Origin: Barthelona sp. PCE
Taxonomy: Eukaryota
Length of the DNA: 64,000 nt
Reading direction: 5' to 3'
NCBI GenBank assembly: GCA_040285745.1
Contig: JAUFOR010000002.1
Coordinates: 1,302,001-1,366,000, forward strand
In this document: positions 49,945-59,126 of the stretch, one piece after another
How positions within the stretch are numbered: the stretch's first letter is position 1
Layout: each line of letters starts with the position of its first letter
The notes under the pieces: generated by a model
What the model saw: only the letters and a program-made list of their open reading frames with translations
The model's database searches: none
What the model was told of the DNA's origin: nothing
Program-made: the position numbers and the translations under genes

Positions 49945-51333
49945 ATGCCATATGAAGAAAGCGATTCTGATGAAGATTTTTATGATCCTCCGCCGCTCTC
50001 AGCTATGACAGAAACAACGATGCCAGCGCACTTTGTGAACTCGGGCAAATTGGAAAAAGCATCGTTACGGGCAACAACGTCAGTTATGCAGACAGGGGCC
50101 AGCGTAGGGCGCAACGTGCGTATCGAGGAACTTCAGGAAGAAGTTGCAGAGTTAAAGAACAGGTTGTTTGCTGTTACAAATGCAGACAATCTGCCTAGAG
50201 GATCGATAGAACAGCAAATAGCACGTTTAGTGCGAGAGAACAGATCTTTGCGCCAGAATTTGGAGAAGGAGCGTTTAGAAAAGCATAAATATATGACAGA
50301 ATTGAATACTACATCAAGAGCGCCTGTTACTGCCTCAACAAACCGTTCAACTCGCCGTAAGCAGATCACAGATGAATCTACACTTGATGAAAGATACGAA
50401 AATGTCAAGAGAGATCTGCATGATAGGAAGAAACAACTTGACGCATTAGTCGACAAGATGGGTGCGGTAACACTGGAGAACACGACGCTAAAGCGGGAGA
50501 GCAACCGTCTCGTGATGCTTCTGAAGCGGGAGGTTGGAGAAGAGCAGGCAGTTGAGCTTATGTCCAACCCCAATCACGATTCGCAGTGGACTGGAAGAGC
50601 TCAGAAGATACAGCTGTTGAAGGAGAAACTAAAGCGCATGAGCGGAAACCCTCAGACCAGTAGAGGCCATCGCACAGTGCAGAAGGTGCAGAGCGCCAGG
50701 TCAAGCACAATGAGGGATCTGGAAAACGAACTAAGCGAGACAACTGAGCAGTTGGCTAAGGCGACTCAGCGTGCACGTGCTCGCAAGGCACGTATTGATG
50801 TACTTGAGAAGGATTTATCAAAGGTTCGTGCAGATATTCAATTACTTCTTAAGAAGAGCCAGAACGATTCGATGTTGATACAAAAACTACAGGAAATGAA
50901 TCCTAACGAGAGTGAGATGCACGTGGCTACACTCCTGACAAAGATACAAGATATGGAGGAAGAAAAGGCAGAGCTACAGATTGCAGCTAGAACAACTGTT
51001 GGTAATGCAAGTCATGATCCTTCGTATGAGGCACTGATGGCTGAGATGTCCGCCCTGCATAGGGTTATAGGCCAACAGAACGCAACACTATATGCATATG
51101 AAGTTGCTGGTGTTCCTTCAACGTCCAACATATTAGGTGAGTGGCAGAACAGGTTTGCTGAGCTGCAAGCTGGGTTTGACGAACAGAGAGCGCGAATTGC
51201 ACTTGTCTCTCAGAGTAGCAATAGTGGAAGTGGAAGTAACGATCATTCATATAAAGAAGAGTATGAGGACCTGTTGGATGAATACAATCATTTATTAATG
51301 CAGGCAGAGATGGCCGGGGTGCGGTTGGGCTAA
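49945..51333 (+). CDS. CCDC13: CCDC13-like centriolar-satellite coiled-coil protein
   Basis: LKREVGE...WTGRAQKIQLLK and KSQNDSMLI resemble CCDC13 motifs. Confidence 0.7.
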   Translation: MPYEESDSDEDFYDPPPLSAMTETTMPAHFVNSGKLEKASLRATTSVMQTGASVGRNVRIEELQEEVAELKNRLFAVTNADNLPRGSIEQQIARLVRENRSLRQNLEKERLEKHKYMTELNTTSRAPVTASTNRSTRRKQITDESTLDERYENVKRDLHDRKKQLDALVDKMGAVTLENTTLKRESNRLVMLLKREVGEEQAVELMSNPNHDSQWTGRAQKIQLLKEKLKRMSGNPQTSRGHRTVQKVQSARSSTMRDLENELSETTEQLAKATQRARARKARIDVLEKDLSKVRADIQLLLKKSQNDSMLIQKLQEMNPNESEMHVATLLTKIQDMEEEKAELQIAARTTVGNASHDPSYEALMAEMSALHRVIGQQNATLYAYEVAGVPSTSNILGEWQNRFAELQAGFDEQRARIALVSQSSNSGSGSNDHSYKEEYEDLLDEYNHLLMQAEMAGVRLG

Positions 51334-51501
51334 GAAGTGTAAATCAAGAATTTAATAATTTTTAGGATTTTTGTGCTGTATAATCTAAGCTCATTCATTT
51401 TGTTCAGGTTCACATTGTATTAAACATCAAAATATCATACGATAAAAATAATTCTGTGAAACCCTGCACATCCTCCACCAAATATCAATGTTATATTTAC
51501 A

Positions 51502-51930
51502 TCACTCACCATGGATAGTTGCGATAATACGACGCGAACCTCCATGGTCTCTATGTTCACATAGATATAAACCCTGCCAGACACCTAAATTAAGCCTTCC
51601 ATCGGTGATTGGTATTGTAATTTGGTTCCCCAGTATCACTGATTTGCAATGAGACGTGCAGTCATCCGGGCCTTCGTATGTGTGTGTAGGGCTGAATGTA
51701 TCTGGACATTCAGGCACTATTTCGTTCATATATTGTTCTAAATCATCACGTACACTTGGATCTGCATTCTCGTTGATCGCCAGCGATGCTGATGTGTGTT
51801 GCAAGAACAGATGTAGCAATCCTATCCTCACATCCTCAATATCATTTGCTATTTTGCGTATAACTTCATTAGTAATTATTGAAAAACCTCTGGATTTAGG
51901 TTTTAAGGCAATTTCCCTCTGTTTCCACAT
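51502..51930 (-). CDS. yjbQ: YjbQ/UPF0047 family protein
   Basis: HTSASLAINENADPSVRDD, HTYEGPDD, GVWQGLYLCEHR; first ATG at 51930. Confidence 0.93.
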   Translation of the reverse strand: MWKQREIALKPKSRGFSIITNEVIRKIANDIEDVRIGLLHLFLQHTSASLAINENADPSVRDDLEQYMNEIVPECPDTFSPTHTYEGPDDCTSHCKSVILGNQITIPITDGRLNLGVWQGLYLCEHRDHGGSRRIIATIHGE

Positions 51931-51960
51931 ATGAAAAAGGTACAAAATCACGTAGCATGT

Positions 51961-53355
51961 TTATTTTCTTTTAATGATTGATAGAAGACTTAATCCACTC
52001 TCCATCATCGACATAGCATCCTCCTCATCACTTTCATCACTGGGTTCATTAATAGAATTGAAATCAAACTCCACTTCTCCTTCACCATCTTCATTTTCAA
52101 GCTCTTCCATACTGTGCTCTTCAATACTCTCATCAACAACATCTGAGATCTCAACAGTTTCAACTTTGCGTTTCAATTGATGTATCACCTTTAATAAATC
52201 ACCGTTATGATGACGTTTCAAGTAAATATTCTTTTTTTCCCTAAATATTGAACCTATCCCACAATATCCTGGTAATTCAACAAAACGGGCTCTTTTTCCA
52301 TATAGAATATGATCTTCAATCTTAATATCATCATCTCTTACATCGTCATCTAGTTTTGCTTCTATCATCAGATCATGCAGCATCCTAAACTTCCTCCTGA
52401 GCTGCTTTGGGATCTCAGAGGCCGTGAAGTGACGGAAAACAAGTGCATTAGGTTGACTTAACAACTTCAGCATTATGGATATGTGTTTGTTACTCACAAC
52501 ATCTCTCCTGAAGTCGTAATGCTTCTTGCACTTTCCGCACGTGCATATTGGGTCGCCGTTCATGACGTAGCCCTTGATCATGTGTATTAAAGTCTTGTTC
52601 TGTGAATTAGTATCAATGAATTGCTTAGAAAGCTGCTCAAAAAAGATTAGCATAATTGGTGCATCGATAAGTGTCTTTAACTGCTGCATGATGTACATTG
52701 TATTGTACTTTAGGAGCCTGGGGCACATTATCTTGCTTTTTTTCATCAAAAAACGAACCATATATGGAATCACAAACTCAATTAATGTTGAGTGTGTTAT
52801 AAAAGGCCTGATCATTTCAATAACAAGGTCGATTTTGTCAGGTCTGTGCCTCACAATGAGCCCACATAAGAGATTAATTGGATCCTTGAGAGAAGTAAAC
52901 ATTTTGAGAATGTGCATAAATTGGGGAATCCAGAACGCATCTAGAATCCACCTGAACCCCTCGTAGATACACTGTTCGAGCAATATAAACTGGGGAAAAC
53001 TACTGTGTGAGATTGCATGTCGTACATCAACGAAATAACTAGGCATTGTTGTAGTTCTGATGTTCTGGGCAACAGAAGTGTTCTCCTCGACATCAGAAAC
53101 AAGGTTAACAAGTCTCATAATAGCAGCGCTATACATCATACGTCTTGCAAACTCACTGACGTCCCTCTTTGCCCGATCGTACTTAATGCACTCCAATAGA
53201 GCTGCGGTGGCCTCAATATACCCAGGGCATGCTTTTGAACGTGCCCAAACTGTTAGTTTCTCAGAAACTGTGATGCTTTGTTCCTCAGACTCAATAATTT
53301 GTGAAAAAACATCGATCCACTCATACGTGGACGCCCACGGAACACTCTCAATCAT
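51961..53355 (-). CDS. LAS1: LAS1 (HEPN nuclease, pre-rRNA ITS2 processing)
   Basis: VPW..EW, YSAAIMRLVN, VDVRHAISH (RxxxxH HEPN motif). Confidence 0.85.
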   Translation of the reverse strand: MIESVPWASTYEWIDVFSQIIESEEQSITVSEKLTVWARSKACPGYIEATAALLECIKYDRAKRDVSEFARRMMYSAAIMRLVNLVSDVEENTSVAQNIRTTTMPSYFVDVRHAISHSSFPQFILLEQCIYEGFRWILDAFWIPQFMHILKMFTSLKDPINLLCGLIVRHRPDKIDLVIEMIRPFITHSTLIEFVIPYMVRFLMKKSKIMCPRLLKYNTMYIMQQLKTLIDAPIMLIFFEQLSKQFIDTNSQNKTLIHMIKGYVMNGDPICTCGKCKKHYDFRRDVVSNKHISIMLKLLSQPNALVFRHFTASEIPKQLRRKFRMLHDLMIEAKLDDDVRDDDIKIEDHILYGKRARFVELPGYCGIGSIFREKKNIYLKRHHNGDLLKVIHQLKRKVETVEISDVVDESIEEHSMEELENEDGEGEVEFDFNSINEPSDESDEEDAMSMMESGLSLLSIIKRK

Positions 53356-53401
53356 AGTACCGTGTGTAGAAAGGTGTTAATATAATTAACACCATTTTCA
53401 C

Positions 53402-56400
53402 ATGTCTTTTACAGATTCAGACTCAGATAGTGATCTGGGGGATCTTAGACGGGGCCCTGGGCTGTTGAACGATGAAGCAGATGGCTTTAACACAAGAAAT
53501 ATTGCACCACCCAATCCTGATCGAGAGCTCATCCCTCTTCCTGAGGAAACCGGTCCACGATTTCTAACAGACGAGTACGGTGCGGATCCAGAGGGTGAGG
53601 TTGTTGTTACAGATGATGAAGATGGGGAGCATGAAGTGGATCTTTTCGATACAATCTGGCGTGATCGTGAGGCAATGGAAACAGCAGAAGACGGCTATCT
53701 TGATGAGATTGTTGATGACAATCAGTATGAAATCCAATCAAGAGCACAGATTCGAGCAGCTGAACAGGAGCTTGAGCGTAGAGATCGTTTTGAGGATACA
53801 TCTCGAGCTTTATATGAGGATCTGAGTGACGAAGAGGAGATCGAACGGCAGACAGACCTTCGTCGTCTGGGATTGAGACAGGCCGCAACAATGGATGAAG
53901 TCGAGGTTGAGGGTTTGTTCAATTTAGGATCTTTGGAGGTGGATAACATCAAGGACCAACTGATGGAGCTGAGAGTGGCCAACGCCATCGAGCTTCATTT
54001 TAAACAGTTCTTGCGCTCCTACACAATAGTTAATGAGGACGGCTCAGAGGACAGTTATCAGCTTCGAGCCATGGAAGCCATGGATCGCAACGACCACTCG
54101 TTTGTTGTGGATTTCAGCCACATTGACGAGGAATTGGACGAAACGATGTCGGAGCGTGAGCGAGAGGACAGCAGTCAGCGCCGATTGATAGCAGACCTGA
54201 TCAGGCTGAAACCAACAGCAATGATCAACATCCTCAATAGGGCCGCAACAAACTACTTCCAGGAGCTGAACCCTGAGTATGATTCGATTAGAGACCGGGT
54301 CTACATTCGGTTTTCCAATTATCCATTCGTTACAAGCATTAGGGAGCTCAGGGTGGAGGCAACTGGCAAGCTGGTGACAGTGAGCGGTATTGTTTCCCAT
54401 CGTACCCCTGCAAAGCCAGCCCCGCTACAGCCTGCGTACAAGTGTCTCAACTGTGGTACCGTTACTGTTCAGCCGCCGGTCAAGCTAAAGTCGAATTTAT
54501 TTGAACCGAGCAGGCACAAGCCACCTATATGTGGCGAGTGTCAGCACGAACATTTTCACTTTCTGGATTCCAGCACAGTCTACACCAATCAACAGTCCAT
54601 ATTGCTTCAAGAGCCACCGTCGTCGGTTCCACCGGGCCGTCTCCCGAGATCAATCACCGTCTATCTCTCGCACGATCTGTGTGATTCATGCAAGCCTGGT
54701 GATTTGATTACTGTTACTGCCATTTACGATCAGGAGCAGACGCAATCTATGAATCTTCGCAAGACAGAGCACTTTAACTTATTCAAGACACGTTTAATGT
54801 GTAATTATATTTTTAATCATCAGTCAACGCTCGTCGAGGGTGGTTTCAAGCAGGAGGAGATCGACAAATTCAATACACTTGCAAGGAACCCCAACATACA
54901 GCAGATGATTATTGACAGTATCGCACCGACTATTTTTGGTCACGATCTAGCAAAGATGTCGCTCGCTGCCGCGCTTTTCGGCGGTGTCCGTACCGTTCTT
55001 GACTCACACGTAGTCAGAGGTGATATTAACATCTTGATGGTTGGTGATCCAGGTGTCGCAAAGTCGCAACTGCTCAAGTCATGCATGTCTCTTGTCAATC
55101 GAGCTGTTTTCACCACAGGAAGAGGTGCGTCAGGCGTAGGTCTTACCGCGGCAGTGAGGCGCGATCCTGATACTCACGAGTACACGCTTGAAGGCGGTGC
55201 TATGGTGATGGCAGACAGCGGAATTTGCTGTATTGATGAGTTGGACAAGATGTCCGATCAAGACAGAGTTTCAATCCACGAAGCCCTTGCTTCTCAGACA
55301 ATATCAATAAGTAAGGCAGGTATTATCGCGCAACTCCGCGCACAATGTTCGGTGCTGGCTGCGGCTAACCCCAAGATGGGGCGATACAACGAAGGCCGTT
55401 CACTCATGGAAAACGTTCTTTTGAGTGATCCAATCGTTTCCCGTTTCGATGTCATTATTATTATGCTCGATAAACCCGATGAACAGCACGATCTGAACAT
55501 GGCAGACTTTGTTATTGCTAACCATATGAAACTGCACCCCAACGCCGATACACTTGATGTTAATCAGAAGGCATTCATTAGTGACGTGCAGTCTAGAAAC
55601 AGGCGTGAAGTAATTGATACAGCGACTCTGAAGAGATACATTGCGTACGCCAAGAGTACATTTAAGCCTCATATCAGCGACTCTGATATCAGACGTATTG
55701 CCAACTACTATGGCCGCTTGCGTTTCGAGAGCGCACGTATCGAGGGGTCTACCAAAGTCCTACTTCGTTCAGTTGATGCCATTCGCCGTCTATCGCAGGC
55801 TTTTGCCCGAATGAGACTTTCGCGCACAGTTACTGAGAAAGACGTCGACTGGGCGCTGTATATTACGACAGAGGCATTCATTAATCAACAAAGATCTGCT
55901 GCCAAGCGCGAGCTGCGTTCACGCTTCTCCATTGAGCTCAACCCCAACAGTGATCAGCGTGATCTGCTTGTCGTTGAGATCAGAAGACAGTGTAATGAAA
56001 TCATGGTTCACGAGGGCCAGAGGCTCTTCAACATCGGTTATAGAGGCGCAGATCTTCGGGAGGAGATCGAGAAGAATGCATTCACCGTTATTGCAAATAT
56101 CCGTGAGCGCGCAGCTCAGTATCTGGGGTTGGGAGATGATCCCAGCAATGAGGTGTTTGAGAGCGCAATGATTGATTTCTTCCAGAGCGATTTCTTTGTG
56201 CATTCAGAGCTTGAACTGGATGAGAACTCAACGCAAAGTGGTTTCTCTGCACATCGTATTAGGATGACTGGAGAACACGTCGACAGATCAATAGACAATC
56301 TCATCAACATGCTGACAATGACAGATGAGGCCCAGTACCCACGTCACAGAGAGGTGATACAAGACCGTGAGACAGAGCTAGCTGATGAGATGGACAGGAG

Positions 56401-56617
56401 ACTTGATGAAAGCGAAGGCGAAGATGTGTATCTGAGCGAAGAAGAAATTGAAGACCAAATGGAACCGTATATCAGTGAAGAGGAACAAGAAGAAATTGGG
56501 TTTGGAATGGTACCGCAGGAGAATTTTTCACAAGAAGAATCAGACATGGAGAGCGTAGACCATACAGACCAACCAAACATAATAGATTATTCTGATAGTA
56601 GCGAGACTGAGGTGTAA
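53402..56617 (+). CDS. MCM2: DNA replication licensing factor MCM2
   Basis: Acidic N-terminal extension with RAAEQELERRD, C4 zinc finger, QEPPSSVPPGRLPR, GDPGVAKSQ, IDELDKM, SRFD. Confidence 0.9.
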   Translation: MSFTDSDSDSDLGDLRRGPGLLNDEADGFNTRNIAPPNPDRELIPLPEETGPRFLTDEYGADPEGEVVVTDDEDGEHEVDLFDTIWRDREAMETAEDGYLDEIVDDNQYEIQSRAQIRAAEQELERRDRFEDTSRALYEDLSDEEEIERQTDLRRLGLRQAATMDEVEVEGLFNLGSLEVDNIKDQLMELRVANAIELHFKQFLRSYTIVNEDGSEDSYQLRAMEAMDRNDHSFVVDFSHIDEELDETMSEREREDSSQRRLIADLIRLKPTAMINILNRAATNYFQELNPEYDSIRDRVYIRFSNYPFVTSIRELRVEATGKLVTVSGIVSHRTPAKPAPLQPAYKCLNCGTVTVQPPVKLKSNLFEPSRHKPPICGECQHEHFHFLDSSTVYTNQQSILLQEPPSSVPPGRLPRSITVYLSHDLCDSCKPGDLITVTAIYDQEQTQSMNLRKTEHFNLFKTRLMCNYIFNHQSTLVEGGFKQEEIDKFNTLARNPNIQQMIIDSIAPTIFGHDLAKMSLAAALFGGVRTVLDSHVVRGDINILMVGDPGVAKSQLLKSCMSLVNRAVFTTGRGASGVGLTAAVRRDPDTHEYTLEGGAMVMADSGICCIDELDKMSDQDRVSIHEALASQTISISKAGIIAQLRAQCSVLAAANPKMGRYNEGRSLMENVLLSDPIVSRFDVIIIMLDKPDEQHDLNMADFVIANHMKLHPNADTLDVNQKAFISDVQSRNRREVIDTATLKRYIAYAKSTFKPHISDSDIRRIANYYGRLRFESARIEGSTKVLLRSVDAIRRLSQAFARMRLSRTVTEKDVDWALYITTEAFINQQRSAAKRELRSRFSIELNPNSDQRDLLVVEIRRQCNEIMVHEGQRLFNIGYRGADLREEIEKNAFTVIANIRERAAQYLGLGDDPSNEVFESAMIDFFQSDFFVHSELELDENSTQSGFSAHRIRMTGEHVDRSIDNLINMLTMTDEAQYPRHREVIQDRETELADEMDRRLDESEGEDVYLSEEEIEDQMEPYISEEEQEEIGFGMVPQENFSQEESDMESVDHTDQPNIIDYSDSSETEV

Positions 56618-56636
56618 ATACAATACAATAGTTTTT

Positions 56637-57665
56637 TTATTCATCAACAATATTCCACAGCTGTTCAAGTGTAAAGTTCTCACGAGGTTCTTCAAATGCA
56701 AGACCCAGATTAGCGTCCTTTATAACTGGTCGTTGTTCTTCATCGTCGCGTGGAAGTGTGAAATACGCGACAAAGTTGTCTGTGATTTTGGTATTCTCAC
56801 TGTCTTCTATTTTAACTTTATCCTCAACTCTGGGCACAGTGACCTCTTCAATCGTCTTCGGTTGGGTGCTGACTGTGTATTCTACACCAAAAATGGGATT
56901 TTCAGCAAAAATTTCCCATAGCTTGGACAGTTCTACATGCATTGCCTCCAGCTGCGAATCAGGCTGAACAGAAAACCCAATCATGTATCCTCCATTGGAG
57001 TTATCGGTTGTGAATACAAGTGCTTTTCCAAAATGCCTCGTATTTCTGATCTTGATGCTTGATATTGCCACGTACGGAATACTAACATTGAAATTTGGTG
57101 TCCCACTGGCATACCAAACCACGCGCACATTCGAGTAGTACAGTTCACCGACATTACCTTGATTGCTTGCCAAGTTATATACATTAGACTGATGGTGTAA
57201 AATCTCCTCGTTAGGTAACACGATTAGATCACCATCCTTGACGATGGCACCCCTTAGCTTGAGGTCACGGTACGCCCTACTTGTCTCAAAAGCTCGATAT
57301 ACTGTTTGTAATGTTGTGAATAGTCGTGGTGAGTCTGGGACGATACTTGTAAAGATAAACTGGAAGTTGCACTCAGTTGTTCGGCACAGGATGTACAGTG
57401 CCTGTGTATGGCCCCTAAGTTTAGAGTCAACGAGATCAATTTTGAGCTGTGACATTGTTTTGTATCCAATCGATAAATTTGTGCGTGCGTACACGTCGGA
57501 CTGCCATATGAGGCGCAGGTTGGTCACAAACAACGTTCCAAATACGCCAGGATTGCCCTTGCTATCTTCAATATTTGAGAGTACATCTATAGCTTTCTCT
57601 CCGCTACGAAGTTGCAGCTGTTTGGGAGACACATCAAATCTTACTTCCCGGTCTTGCCAAAGCAT
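56637..57665 (-). CDS. BBS5: BBSome subunit BBS5
   Basis: WQDREVRFD, EDSKGN, TNLR, YRDLKLRGAI, NPIFGV. Confidence 0.97.
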   Translation of the reverse strand: MLWQDREVRFDVSPKQLQLRSGEKAIDVLSNIEDSKGNPGVFGTLFVTNLRLIWQSDVYARTNLSIGYKTMSQLKIDLVDSKLRGHTQALYILCRTTECNFQFIFTSIVPDSPRLFTTLQTVYRAFETSRAYRDLKLRGAIVKDGDLIVLPNEEILHHQSNVYNLASNQGNVGELYYSNVRVVWYASGTPNFNVSIPYVAISSIKIRNTRHFGKALVFTTDNSNGGYMIGFSVQPDSQLEAMHVELSKLWEIFAENPIFGVEYTVSTQPKTIEEVTVPRVEDKVKIEDSENTKITDNFVAYFTLPRDDEEQRPVIKDANLGLAFEEPRENFTLEQLWNIVDE

Positions 57666-57760
57666 CCTCGAGAATCAGTGAATTGGTGAGTAATCTGTAA
57701 AACCGTTTACTCCTTTCTTTTTGGATCTTATGATTTTTAGATAAGAAGAACTGGTATAAA

Positions 57761-59110
57761 ATGAGCGATAAGAGCAAAATGAGCGATATATACGCCGGGA
57801 GACATGTACCAATGGGAAGCAAAGTTCCTTTTGATGCTGTAGCTGCATTTAACTTTATTAAGCAGCACGATAGGGAGTTGTCCATCAGCAGGGGCGATCT
57901 TCTTGAAATAACAAGGGTAGACGATGATTCTTGGTGGAAGGGTGTTAAGAAGTCCACTGGCGAATCTGGGTGGTTTCCCAAAGCATTTATTCGTGAATAC
58001 GTTCCACCAAAGGTGACAGTTAATCCGCTAAGGAAGTACTCAAAGCCAGGAAAGGTCGAAGAAGACGAAGTAGTGATGGAGATTGATATTCCTGATGAGT
58101 CAAATGAAGAGTATCAGGAGCTTTCAGAAGGTGAGCTGTCTGATTTGGATGAGGCAACAAGACGCCAGATCGAGATAGCTGATCAACACAAAACAGGAGT
58201 AATGTCCCGTGTTGCCACAATGCTTTCCACGTGGTTTGTACGTCGCCCTTCCAGGCTAGATTTAACAGAGGTGAATATTTTGCCTCCCGACAGATCAGTG
58301 TTTGGCATAGACGTGGAGACCGTAATGTCACGATACGAAGAGCCGTTTCCTGCACCAATTTTTTTCATACGTGCTGTTTTTTGGCTTAAGGACAATGCAA
58401 CAGAGTTTGAACACCTGTTCAGGACAGGAGCGAACGTCGCTGTGTTGGCTGATTGGATGCTAAAGATAGATCTTGATGAATACGAATCTTTTGATAGTTG
58501 TGAGATTCCAATTGTTACAGGTTTGGTGCAAAAGTTCGTTGGCAGTATGCCTGAACCTCTCTGTACAAAGGCGCTGTTTGACGAGTTCACAGCAGCATCA
58601 AAAGACGCTTCTGCTCTGGGAAATCTTTTGGAAAGAATTCCGCAAGTTTTTTATAACACACTATATCTTTTATGCGACATGATAATTTTCTTAGGCCTGT
58701 ATGAAAAGTCAACTCACATGTCGGTCACACAGTACTGTCGTGTGCTTGCAGTTGAAATTATTCGCTGTGATGATCAGATGAAGTTGATGAAAGGCGTAGC
58801 AAAATCAATTGATGCTTTAGAAACGATTTGTTTACATTTCGACGAAGTTTTTAGGAGGAAACTCCCTAGTGAGGCCAAACTACGAAATCTGGTGGGAACA
58901 CCACGTGTCCTACCATTACCACCGCCCGTTACACATAGTCAGGTTTTTTCCCAACGAGAGTACCAGGCTACCCTTATAGAGATGCATGGGGGACTTGATG
59001 CTGGAACTGAGATAACAGTAGTGAGTAGTGATGGGGAGAACTGCCTGTGTAGAATTGAATCTGAGTTCGTGTGGATTCCAAAATCAATAATTGTAAAGAT
59101 TGATAATTAA
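57761..59110 (+). CDS. SH3-RPEL-RhoGAP protein
   Basis: SH3 (ELSISRGD, WWKG, GWFP), RPEL-like RRPSRLDLTEVNIL, VFG, arginine finger LFR, MPEPL; possible second SH3-like domain at the C-terminus. Confidence 0.85.
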   Translation: MSDKSKMSDIYAGRHVPMGSKVPFDAVAAFNFIKQHDRELSISRGDLLEITRVDDDSWWKGVKKSTGESGWFPKAFIREYVPPKVTVNPLRKYSKPGKVEEDEVVMEIDIPDESNEEYQELSEGELSDLDEATRRQIEIADQHKTGVMSRVATMLSTWFVRRPSRLDLTEVNILPPDRSVFGIDVETVMSRYEEPFPAPIFFIRAVFWLKDNATEFEHLFRTGANVAVLADWMLKIDLDEYESFDSCEIPIVTGLVQKFVGSMPEPLCTKALFDEFTAASKDASALGNLLERIPQVFYNTLYLLCDMIIFLGLYEKSTHMSVTQYCRVLAVEIIRCDDQMKLMKGVAKSIDALETICLHFDEVFRRKLPSEAKLRNLVGTPRVLPLPPPVTHSQVFSQREYQATLIEMHGGLDAGTEITVVSSDGENCLCRIESEFVWIPKSIIVKIDN

Positions 59111-59126
59111 GTAGCTATTTGAAGAT

